From: Lingula anatina
Taxonomy: Eukaryota; Animalia; Brachiopoda
Direction of reading: 5' to 3'
DNA: 64,000 nucleotides
Assembly: GCA_051362555.1 (NCBI GenBank)
Contig: CM120646.1
Location: forward strand, 15,438,001-15,502,000
Shown: in pieces, positions 48,744 to 60,714 of the stretch
How positions within the stretch are numbered: the stretch's first letter is position 1
How the letters are laid out: every line of letters begins with the position of its first letter
The notes under the pieces: model-generated
What the model was told of the DNA's origin: nothing
The model's input: only the letters and a program-made list of their open reading frames with translations
The model's database searches: none
Translations under genes and position numbers: made by a program

Positions 48744-51363
48744 ATGTGTACGCCATTTAAATGGAGTTGGGAACCTGTGAAAAGGCGGCTTCCCCCGTGT
48801 CACCCCCTGTTTGAGGAAGGTGACTTAGTGTGCTCTCTGCAGGCTAAACTGATCCATCTGAATGGAGAGGGAGAGGAGGAAGACAGCATTGAAGATGGCA
48901 GGTGTGCCTACTAGTAAATAAAATTCATGCACCAGGGTTGATCCAAGTGCATAATTTGTCTTTCTATATTGTCTGTATTATTCAACATTCCAACACTGAT
49001 CCTACAGTTGCAAGACTCCCTCCCATTCAAAAATGAAGAATTGGTTATGATGAAATAATTTTCAAAACGAAAACAGTGTTTCATTCTTTTTAACAACATT
49101 CTTTTTGTAGAATTTTGGCAGAAGTGAAAAATACTAGTAACAACTAAGCATCATTAAACCAAAATGTGTTTTCATCATTATTAGATATAATTTAACAGTT
49201 CATTTTAGTATCAATAACTTTAAATGAATGATTTTATTTACAAACCAATTCATATTTCAAAAAAGGCATATAAAACACATTTGTTCCATAAAAAAAACTA
49301 ATAAAAAAACTCGGTGTTGTATATTATTATCATTCCAGCAATACAGTGATACCATGCAATATTGCGGGCTGTACCAAATGCTTTCAAACCATTGGAAGGT
49401 TAGTTCTTTCAGCTAGTTCTCCCAAGGAGTTATATCTGTTATAACTCCTTGGTTCTCCAAAGCTGCACCTTGACAGTGACTGACCCTCTGTATTGTTTCA
49501 GCATTGGTATGCTTGATGAAAGGGGAAGTTTCTAGTTATCTGTTGGGGTCCGTAGCGATAGTCCGAAGGTTCATTGGTCTGAATGTTCACTATAGAACCT
49601 TCGGACCAATGAACCCTTGATTAAAAAATCGATGAAAATGTTACCACTTTTCGGACCAATGAACCTTCGGACCAATGAACCTTCAGACTATCGAGACGCC
49701 CCCATCTGTTGAACTCAGAAACTCGGTAGATTTTCAAGATATAGTAAGAGAGGTGGTTATAATATTAATTGTAATGGGTCTTGCTCAAAAATGTGCAAAA
49801 TTATCATTCAGGTTGAAGTTTTATTCAGCTTCTTGGTTCAGATCCTTCACATTTAGAATATATATTTACATAATACTATGATGGATTATAGGATACATGG
49901 ATTATAGATATTATAGTTACTGGACCTAAATTTCTATGTCCAAAGCAGATATGATGATCACAACACATTTCCCACATCAAGGTACTTGGTAGTAATCACA
50001 GGGGTTTCCTTTCACAGTATATCTCAGTGGCGGATCCAGATGTACAAGTATTTTCTGACAGTCTTCCAAATTATCTTTGTTCATCCATCCTCCATTTTCT
50101 ATCTGTCATCCAACTGAAAAAAGTAAATGTAGATGCCTATCAATACTAACTTGAAAAATTCTGACCATCTTTCATAAGACTCAGAAGACAGCCTCAGTCT
50201 GCCCCTGTATCTTACACCCCATTTCCATAGATTAGATCGACCTACTTTAGATCGACCTAACTCCCTGGGGGTTCAAGCTAAATAGCTGTCAGCCGGGCAG
50301 ACACGAAAGTTAATTACCCTCTTACAGCTTGTAGTAGGCGGGACGGACATTTAAGTCGGATTATCTGAAAGTAATCTAGTGAGACTCCCCGCAGGGATAG
50401 ATCGATCTAAAATCTATGGGAATAGAGCCTTAGACCCCATTTCCAGAGATTAGATCGATCTACTTTAGATCTACCTAACTCCCTGGGGGTTCACACTAAA
50501 TAGCTTTCAGCCGAGCGGACACGAAAGTTAATTACCCCCTTACAGCTTGTAGTAGGCGGGATGGACATTTAAGCCAGATTATCTGACATAATCTAGTGAG
50601 ACTCCCCGCAGGGATAGATCGATCTAAAAGCTCTGGGAATACAGCCTTAATTTACCTTATTTTCCCCCTCCATAGTTACGAGGCTCACTACAGGGACTTC
50701 CACACCCATGTGTGCAGTGAATGCAAGAGGCGGTTTCCCACCAATCACCTGCTGGAGGTACACATACTGGAGTGGCATGATACCATGTTCCACTTACTAG
50801 CCAGGCAAAAGAACATGGTAAGTGTATCTCAGTCTGTGTCAGAAATGTCAGGGGCACCTGGGTTTAAGAATCTTCTGGCATCAAGTAAAAAAAATATATT
50901 TGACCAACAAATTAACAAAATTAAACTGTTCTTCAGTTTTACTGGTATTTGGTGAAGGGTATATATTGAGAAATGGTTATCTATAATATAAAAGAATCAC
51001 AACAGTTTCAGCAAACAGTTTCAACACAACAAGTATCATCAGAGGACTAAAAAGCCCTCTAATGATGCTTGTCATGAGCTTTTGAAGAATCTATAAAGAC
51101 CTTTTAAAGTTTATGCTTTGTAATATTAGCTAAAGATTGAATGGACAAACAGATAACGAATAAACATCTCTGATAATCATAACTAAAAATGTGTTGAAAT
51201 ATTGGAATATCACAATCTATTTGAATGTTTTTATTTTAGTACCAGTGTCTTGTTGAGGCCTGTGCTGACAAATTCCCAGATGCGAAATCCCGCAAGGATC
51301 ACATGATCAAGCAGCATCACTATCCAGCCAGTTATAGATGGGACAGACAGAAAAAGTAAGAGT

Positions 51364-51448
<85 letters not shown>

Positions 51449-53443
51449 AGTATACAACCACTTTGACAGCGGGATTGTTCATTTCTTAATACCATTTTCC
51501 CATCTTAGACCTAAACCCAAGAAAGAGGCCTCAGAGGACAGCTGTAAGATGGACATCAGTGACCCCACTGAAACCAAGCAGAGCTTAAAGTGTACAGACA
51601 TAGGTGGTCAGCAGCAGGACATGGACAATGTTCTGCAGGCACAGGGGGGTGCCTCAGGGAGCACTGGGGCAACAGGTGGTACTGGTCAGCAACAGCAGGA
51701 AATGGACGTGTTTCAGGGAGGGGACACTGGGGGCGGAGGCCAACAAAGAAGATTTGTTTACAGGTAAGTCATATCTAAACTAAGGCCCTTAGAGTGTACA
51801 TGGTGTGGTATACTTATATTTATCTGTATCACAACATTTTGCCTGGTCCTAACACCTAATTATGTCGGAGGCGGGGGGGGGGGGGGGGGGGGATGCTCCT
51901 TTTCACAAGTTTGCTTCCATCTGTTTGGGCCAATCAAAGTGAATCCGACAGACATGGGGAAACTGCTGGTCTAGGCAGTGATGATGGCCTGAAGAGCCAG
52001 AGGACCAGCAAGATTTTTGATAATGCAGGTCCTATAGACTGGTAAGGTTTATGTGAAGATAAAGCAAATAAAAAGAAATTGCTTGTAAACATAGGCTAAT
52101 GGAAATAAAATACTTAGTTTGGACAAGCATACAATTAGGAAGACCTGCTGATTTCTTGTAGTGCAGGTCCTCTGGACCATCAGTACCTAAAAAGTTTTTC
52201 CCATGTCTGAATCCTATTAACTGTCCTCTCTGTCGTCCATGCCTAACGCCTAGGCTCCATTTAAATGTCTCTCTTATAACCAGACTATCAAATCGCCAAT
52301 CTCTCAAAAAATTGTGATACTTATTAGTACACTGCACAGTGTGAAAGAATGAGTTTTCCACAGGTATATCAATTCTTCTCCATATATTTCACCAGAAACG
52401 CAAAGTGTTAGAACCTGTATCTTATATATTATGTATGAGACCAGTTGATCTCCAGAGTTAATCAGCTTATTGATTAATGAAAGGGCCCTTCCCATTGTGA
52501 ATTAAAAAGCATATTACCAACTTCAGTTATACTTGTTTAACAGATTTTCTTTTACATAGGACTTGGTATTCTGGTGCACATTTTTGGTGACTTTTTGGTG
52601 AAGGAAACTTTTCTCTTGATGAGCTGTGTACTCTGTCACCAGATTAACACCATCCATTTTGTAAATAAATTTCTTCTACTCATACATGTGACCATATTCT
52701 TGATTTGTTCAGTTTCGAGTGAAATTATTCCCTGGCAGTTGTATTTTATTTTTTTTTCATCTGTTAGCAGATGGTAAAGAAAGCGTATAACGTTTCATGT
52801 TTTTTATAAATTCATTTAAAGAGTGCTCATCATGGTACACAAATAATCGTCAATATGACAGTAGAGCTAGAGTATTTTTATAGTTGTACACCACATTGTC
52901 ACGGTTGATGCAGGGGCAACTAACACACTCATTCACATATGATTAGCATGTTATTTTATGAAACAGTTTAAGTACAAAATATTCACATTTTTTCAGTGTT
53001 TTTCACAGTTGGTTTATTAAGCACAATGTGATGCATTAAGTTTCAATTTTTTTTTTTAAGTTAAGATTTGCCACCCTGAGCTTCAGAGATAACTTGACAC
53101 TAACCTCTTCACTATAGCCTATCTTTATCGTGTCAAGTTACGTGTGAAGATAGGCTATAGTGAAGAGGTTAGTGTCTAGTTATCTCTGAAGCTCAGGGTG
53201 AGATTTGCTGTTCTGATTGTCTATCTAATACAAATCCCCCGCATTAGAAGATATGCAACGTATTTGACATGCTTGTAGTACTGTGTATATTGTTGTGGTT
53301 TATCTCTTATCTTTTTGGCAAAATCATATGCAAAAAATATCTAATTGTCACATCTGAACACTTAATATCATGCATGATACTGCTCTTTTTGTGTAGAAAG
53401 GCATCATTTTTCTCTACATTTACAAAAAAGAATACTCAAAACT

Positions 53444-53485
<42 letters not shown>

Positions 53486-53754
53486 TTTTATTTTCATTAA
53501 TGTTTTATCGGTCACATTACAATATATTACAACATTTGGATTATTGCAATTTTTTCAGTGTTCCTCCAACAATTTGTTTTGGTGCTGGTGCTGCTCGTGG
53601 CTTCAGTAGACATGGCTATCCAAACAAGGGCAAGAAGAAAAAATCCAAACAAAGGCACTGGCACCAGACACAACCAGAACATTTATCAACCACTGTAAAG
53701 ATAGAGGACATTCAGATGAATGATTTGGAAAAAGCACTGGATGATAAAACATGA
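48744..53754 (+). CDS. ZNF511: Zinc finger protein 511 homolog, 308 aa, 6 coding exons
   Basis: Exons 48744-48901, 49339-49398, 50676-50817, 51240-51355, 51509-51763, 53559-53754. HPLFEEGD; three C2H2 fingers (CNIAGC..YEAHY..H, CSECKRRFPTNHLLEVHILEWHD, YQCLVEAC..RKDHMIKQH); C-terminal VPPTICFGAGAARGF. Confidence 0.9.
49546..49703. mobile_element. MITE, sister of 30099-30240
   Basis: 8-bp TSD ATCTGTTG with GGG...CCC termini. Confidence 0.75.
50025..50207. mobile_element. MITE with CAG termini and 5-bp TSD (hAT5-like)
   Basis: tatct|CAGTGGCGGATCC ... GTCTGCCCCTG|tatct. Confidence 0.6.
50215..50647. mobile_element. Head-to-tail pair of Harbinger-like MITEs (8704 family)
   Basis: Two diverged ~215-bp copies sharing a TTA at ~50430-50432, just upstream of a ZNF511 acceptor. 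Confidence 0.8.
51367..51447. repeat. (CT)n(CA)n microsatellite
   Basis: Direct reading. Other (CT)n tracts at ~1224-1251 and ~57583-57620. Confidence 0.95.
53072..53200. mobile_element. 129-bp near-perfect palindromic MITE with 8-bp TSD
   Basis: agatttgc|CACCCTGAGCTTCAGAGATAACT ... AGTTATCTCTGAAGCTCAGGGTG|agatttgc. ~54-bp arms. Confidence 0.85.
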
Positions 53755-54785
53755 TGAAAAGAATTATTGATCCATTCCCTGTTGAACTGTTGTTGGTCAA
53801 TATCCTCTTTGTTTCAGTGATAAGATTTTTGTGCTTAGCTACCAAGTGGATTTTTTTTTCTGGTACTTATCAGAAGTTGAGAACACTTATATTCTTTATG
53901 TGCCAAGGAAAAGATTTTAAAATGATATTGCATTTTCTATTTGTAGGAAAGTGTATATGTGTGTGATAAAGGCACTTTAATTATGCACAAAAAGCTTGAA
54001 GTCACAACTCTTAGTCATCTTTTGTAAGTCCTGTCCAAACCACGGTGATTCCCTTGATGACGTTCCAATTGCAAACTTTTCAGTGAGGATCTAATGACTC
54101 GCATATTTACAAATGAAAGCATTTCAGACTTCGTGTGACATACAATTTACTGATATAGCACGCAAAAATTCAATTTTAATGTGAATTCCCGTTTAAGTGA
54201 GTAGCATAAAGGAAGGAGTACAGTTGCAAAATAAAGCCTCTCCACACGTTTAAAATGTGAGTACTACTTGTGCGAGTGACCAACTTACAGCTTTTTATTC
54301 AGTTATTTGTCCAGTCTGGCTATTTATCCTGTAACAGTCGTGCCTAGTGATTGTAAACCGAGTTTATGAAGGTTGTCAGACATCCAGGGGAGAGCAAATA
54401 TATATGTATACACTAAAGGTTTATCTGTTTCTCAACTTGCGTTATCTGTCAATAGTTAATTACTGTGGTAATATCATCGTTAAGGTGAATCTTCAGGTGA
54501 ACCATATGTGACCAGCTTATATAGGCTAATATTTCTAAATAATTATATATATATCATTATACACTATTAAACCGTAGTTCTCGTGAGGTTGACAACTACT
54601 TTCTACCAGAGGCTCACTGGCTGCTACAAAATCGAAAATTGAAGTCCCTCAAAAGTTTTGCAACTGCTGGAACAGCTAGAAGGGCCTCTGGTAAAGAGTA
54701 TATCCCAACGGCGCCATGCGATAGTTGTCATCCTTTGACAGACGCGAGGCCAGAAGATTCCGGCGTGTGTGACTGCAAACCAAGT

Positions 54786-57577
54786 TTAATAACCCACATA
54801 TTCGCATATGAAATTTATGCTGCTGCTGCAGCTTCCGTCGTCCCAGGCCGCTCCGGAATTCCAGTAGTAACCGCAGTCTTGGTTGCCACCGTCGTCTGGC
54901 TGGCCGTTGTCCCACGCTGTGTACGGTAGAGGGATGTTGCCCCAGCTCCTCATTACAAATGTGCCCTCGTTAGTCTCGTCATTGGCGTCCACCCACCAAT
55001 TTAACCCAGAGCGAGCTGGAAGGTGATTTGCAGAAAAACAGTATGTGTATTTTCGATAGATCTCTGTATTAAAGAAGATCGTGATTATCTTTGGACCGAC
55101 TGTTTATGTATTTGGACGTCTAATTTTTTTAATTGTGCTGGTAGATGCAATTCCAAAAGAAGAAGCGATTTAAACGGCGTTAAATGAGGCACAGTTTTAA
55201 AAAATGCAAAGAAACAAGGTGCTACGCGTACTTCAATTGTTGTCACTACTTTAAAAGTAATTTATTACGTAGCCCGATCTTCATCTGTATGAAAATATTA
55301 CTTCCCTATGTGGGCGCCTAAACCCTTATGCACATGCGTTTACTGGTAGACACAAGTGTACACTGTTAAGTCAATGGGCAAACGCATACACTCTCACACA
55401 ACCATGTAGTGGGACCAACGCAGGTTTTCGTCGGCAACGAGTTCAATATTTGTATCAGACTAGCCGGGGGCGGATCCAGGATTATTTGAAAGGGGGGGGG
55501 GGGGGTCCGTGGATGTGAAACCGATCCCCCCCTTCCCCACCGAGGAGTTCGGGGGGCCGGCTGAAGGGACCCGAAAATTTGTGGTATTTTAGAGGGCGAA
55601 CAGTGCCATTTGATACGGCTTAGAACTATGATTTAGCTAGTCAAAAGTCTAATTTCAAGAGGGGACCAGAAATCGAGGGGGGGTCAGGACCCCCCTGACA
55701 CCCCCCACCCCCCCCACCCTCTAAATCCGCAACTGCTAGCCCCTTTCCTCAACCACTTGTCAGTCTGATCTGTTTAAAATGCTAACTTACAATTGTCTGA
55801 CGAGATCTGATTGTGCAGAAAGGCGTGTTCATTCGCGTCGGAGACCGCCACCAAATGAGCTCCCAGTGACATGCAATACGTCACAGCGTCGGCGTAATTC
55901 TTCTGCAGTGACGTGTCAAACATGTAACAGCTGGTTCCGTACTCCACATCAAACCCTGCGGGACAATCCACTGGTGAAAAGACAAACGATAAGTGTTAGA
56001 ACTTCCACGATTTATTTTCTCTTGTATCATATTGGAATTAAGATAACTTCCTGTACAAGACCCCCTAAGAACAGTCAATTTCAACGTCCTCCATACGACT
56101 TGCCCCCCTCCCCCCCCCCCCCCCACACACACACACCCAACCCCGACGAACATGAACACATAAATGCAACACATTCCATTTTTTGTGCTAATTTCTGTCT
56201 TTCTTTATGTATTTGTTAACGTACATGATACAAGACGAATCGCCCACAGTATGCTTGCTCAGAGGGCTACTCGTCTCGGCAGATTTGGAACCGACTTATC
56301 CGCTTATTGGCGCTTCAATTGGCGCTTTGTATTTCACTTACAAGAGAATGAAACGAATCAAACCGTATTCAAATGCGACATACATGTGCAATTATTCTAT
56401 TGTCTGAAGTGTGCTATTGTCTGAATTGAGATTTATCTGGAAATAATGTTTTGATTACAGCACGTCACCGATATCGAACAAAGCTATTGTGCGGTTTACA
56501 TCTATTATAATTATATAATACCTTGATGAAGTGGAAGGGCATTACTGCTCTGTGCATTGATTTTAACAATAATCAATAAAATAAAGTCATGAACTTCTTC
56601 TCTTTGGAATTTGTAAACAGATGTCGTTTTAGATAAAGTGCATAAGGGTAGAACAATCTTAAATATTAATCAACGCGTCTTTGTTTAATGATATGAGATT
56701 TAGAAATATCTATACACCAATAGGAGCCAAGAGTTCTGCCATTGTTGTTGTGAAAGTCGACAGATACATGTACATGCCTTGCCCTTCAGAAATATCTATA
56801 GGTCTTTGAAGAGAAAAGTGTGCCCCCAAATGCCCAAAATAATTAGAGTTGAAAGTATGTGTCAGATTATCTACATGTACTGTGCGGCCAAAAAAGTTGG
56901 CAACTTCGAATTCATTGCAGTATTTAACGTTTCATTATACTACAACTGTAATAACAGATCTAAATTGCCAGGCATTTCATCCATTATTATAAGAAGAGGT
57001 TCAGCATCCAAATTGAAAGGACTACTACTGCTTTAATTTGGGTCCAATTAGGCCAAAATGTTCACTCTGTGCTGTAAGTCCGTATGTCGACAAGCGAGCT
57101 TTTAATGACGGTGTTTTGATAGTTCCCCGCCTCTGACATTTCTTCTCGATAAACGCATGCTCTCGTGATTGCTATGGTCATCGACGAATTGTCCGCGGGC
57201 ACCTGTATGGCCAATGGTCGATATGTTATAATTTTAGCACTAATTATCGATTTGATTAGCATCAGTAATTCTAACTGCCGACGTTTTACGTAATTAAGAA
57301 ACGTGTAAAGTCTCGTAGATTGGAAGGGTTTCGATTTCGCAAACGGTACACTGATTAGTAAAAAAGATACCACAGATAGGTAAAGAAATTCGTATAAATT
57401 GCTTTGATTATAATAACAGATAACATTTACTTTGTGTGTCATACTGGTGCATGTATTATTATACAATTTCTCCTTTTCCTTCTGCCTTTAATGTCGGTAA
57501 AATGTTTGCACGGGCACTATCAGGTCCCAAATCTCTAAAAACTTAAGTGCAATCGTATCGGCCTCCGCCCTCCTGTC

Positions 57578-57623
<46 letters not shown>

Positions 57624-58879
57624 ATACATGTAAGATAGTTACTAACTAAAACTTACAAGACTGGCAAAACTTCCCGATAAAGGGGAAAGGACATGAGCAT
57701 TCCCCTACAGGCCGCGGGACTGTTGGGTCAACGATAACGCACTTTCCACTGTTTTGACACGTGATTTGACTGCATGGCTGAAATAATAATAATAATGATA
57801 ATAGTAATAATAATAATAATGAAGTAGAAACTATCTGTATTAAAGCAAAGGCAGAGAACTTAAATTAACACGCAATTTGTTATTGCTAAAAACATATTCG
57901 CCGAGATAACCTTGGTAAATGTGCTTTTCAAGTATTAAACAACTTCAATAAATCGTGTGTAAGACATAAGAACTTCTTAAATATTGAAATATGTGTCCTT
58001 TAAGAATTCAAGATAAAGCAAAACAGGGTTGGCTGACACAATGGAAACAAACACCTTAGAAAGTTTTACTACTTACTTTACGGTGTTCAGAAGGAATGAT
58101 TTTAATCTTCAAATTAAAAATTTGACATCGAGCATTGATGGAAAAGCGTTGGAAGCATCTTTCTGAATGGCAAAGTCTTTTTTCACAAAACATTTTATAA
58201 ATATTTTTCCTTGAATGGAGGTCAATTTTCATCTTTTAATCTGTTAACAAAACATTTTCTCTTGCGGACGTTTTTATTTTCAGTTTTTTAAATCAATTTC
58301 TTATTTCTGTCTTTTTTAAAAATAAACCTAGTTTAACAGTCTCCTTTCCTAATCATTCTTCAATATTTCTCTTAAGGCAGAACTGTCATCGTCGAAAATC
58401 TCGATGATTCGAACATTAGATGAATGAATGAAAAATAAATGAATTCATAATCAGCATTTAAGGTGTGCAAGTTGTATAAACGAGCAGGCCGTCTTTAACC
58501 TCATGGCCAGCTAGGTATAACTCACGTCGTATCCGGGCGTCTGGCAGTTGGACAAATCCAGATAGGTGCAGTTGCCGTCACTGGTCAGAAGATCTACAGG
58601 TGCAGAGTCAGTAACGCTCGTGAAATTCGAGAGAGTACAAGTCCCCGTTGTGTGGCAAAATGCGGCCGACCTGCAATTACTACTGGTCATGCATTCGGCG
58701 ACGCATTCTCTATCATTCGGCTGCAGACTGGTTTGGATCACGTAGCCGGGTGACAGATTCTGCTGCTGGTGGTTTTCAACGTGGCAGGAGTAAGCGCTAG
58801 ACGCAACTGCTGCAGTGTAAATTATATTCCCACCAAAAATGATCTGAAGAAGAATAAAGAATGTGCCCCTGCGCAACAT
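54786..58879 (-). CDS. Secreted PAN/apple-EGF-C-type lectin protein, 294 aa, 4 exons
   Basis: Exons 58526-58879 (signal peptide + PAN-like ECVAECMTSSNCRSAAF..GTCTL), 57657-57777 (EGF CQNSGKC..CSCPFPFIGKFC), 55791-55970 and 54786-55015 (CTLD: CPAGF..SCY..C..GAHL..WWVDAND..EG..QPD..DC..WDD..C..FICE). Confidence 0.88.
55465..55735. mobile_element. MITE with 5-bp TSD (CTAGC), related to 50025-50207
   Basis: ctagc|CGGGGGCGGATCCAGG ... CTAAATCCGCAACTG|ctagc. Confidence 0.6.
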
Positions 58880-59410
58880 TCTCGTGGTTGAATATTTACG
58901 ACGACGACGTTTGCGTAGAATATATTTTTTATGTTGTTGGTGGTCTATCTTTAATGAGCGTTCAGAAACTGAAATGAGTGAACAAAATAAAGTTGTCCAA
59001 TAATGACTCGCGCGATAAATGCGACACAAATTACTTCGCTGCGCATGCGTTCACTTTTTACTTCTGACTGGGCAACTTGGGCATTTAACATAGGAGCCAG
59101 TGAAAAGACGACCGATTTCAATACGGCGTTATAAACCGAAGATATTGTCCCCGGGGCTTACCAACCACCTGTACTGAGAAACAGACTATCGTTGTTATAA
59201 AACAATTGTTAGCTTGTCAGAGACTAAAAGTTAGCGGGAAAAGAGATTTAACAGCATAGCATTGTGCAAGTGCACTTGCGTCCGTGAAGCTGTTGATCAC
59301 GTGTTGAAAAAAACTTTCATAAACCCCCAGTAACTAGAAAATTCCCAAAATAATGTATTTGTTTACACTTTGCGAAGCCAGCGTGCACAAATCGTGGTGT
59401 TACTAAAATA

Positions 59411-60714
59411 GGGGAGACCGGGGCTAGTTGGACCCCGGGGTAAGTTGGACCCCCGTCATTTTATGAAAAAGTAACTACGAGGTAAAGAAATTGGCCACAT
59501 ACTCTTGTAAAGTGACCGTAGCCTACAATGCTAAGGAAGTGTCGGCCGTTGAAAAGTTTTAATTAAGCGGTGAGTCCAAATAAACTATTTTTGCACCTAA
59601 AAGTAATTTTGTTTAAGAGATTTAAAAATCAATTTTCATAGGCTTTTGATCGAATATAAGATATGTATAGGGCATCAAACTGAAGCTCATTGTTTCAAGT
59701 TTCACAGAGATGTATCATCGTTGCTCATTCTAGCACCATAAATGGCTGCCATCCCTTAAAATAAATAATATGCACCCGGGGCTAGTTGGCCCCCTCGACT
59801 CGGGGCGAGTTGGACCCTCATATTACCCACAATCCTTTGCGCGCAACGCTGTTTGAAATAAACAAGAAGTTGTAACTTCTTGAAATAAACAAGTTGGTGA
59901 AATTGACAAAGCTTGCCGGAGTTAACCGTCTGATTGATTTTTTTAAATTTGCTCTCTAGTGTCTTTTCGAAAATTTATATTAGAAATATTCTGTTGATTG
60001 TATGTATTAGAAAGCAAATCCACTGGACTTTCCTTAGAAAAACATTTATTTTGCCTTAATTCATTGTAAGGTGATTTTATTGAATTTATAGTGTTATACT
60101 GTATGTGGCCCCAAGGGGATTTTCTACCCCTCCCATTGTTGAAACAAACTCAATGGTTTAAAACTGAATTTATTACTTTCTTTTAAAACGTAAATTTATT
60201 ATTAGTTTTTATTCATTAAAAACCTGCTTTATAACATTATTAATTTATTCTTAATTAAAACAAAACAAATTTTATTGATAGATTTTTTTGTTCTTGCAAC
60301 ACATCCCCCCCCCCCCCACAACGTGTCGTACGGAAACCTCAATAAATCTGCCTCATTTGAACTATTTATTCATCAAAGACTCTCAAAAATCAATTTAATA
60401 AATTAAAAATGTATAAAAATGTATTTCAAGGCGTTTATATGGGATATATACTTCATTTTAGTATAGGGGGGCCAACTTGCCCCGACCCTGGGGCCAACTT
60501 GCCCCGTGGCGGGGCAAGTTGGCCCCCTTGACGTCAACTGCGTTTTTTGTCAAATTGTGAGCCATCTGGCATTATATTTGAAAAATAATGGCGTTACATA
60601 CGTAGCTTAGTTCATAGGGCTTACTTTGAAACCGGTTTTGTTACTCTAACCCATTCCTAGTTGGCTCTACAAGGCCAAAAGTGTCTAACTGGGCCAACTA
60701 GCCCCGGTCTCCCC
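59411..60714. mobile_element. 1.3-kb non-autonomous DNA transposon with TA TSD (Tc1/mariner-pogo-like)
   Basis: ta|GGGGAGACCGGGGCTAGTTGG ... CCAACTAGCCCCGGTCTCCCC|ta. Perfect 21-bp TIR plus internal ggggc(t/a/g)agttgg subrepeats. Confidence 0.88.

Noticed and set aside
51231-51482. ORF with poly-ER run
   Set aside because: Translation of the (CT)n microsatellite, antisense to ZNF511.
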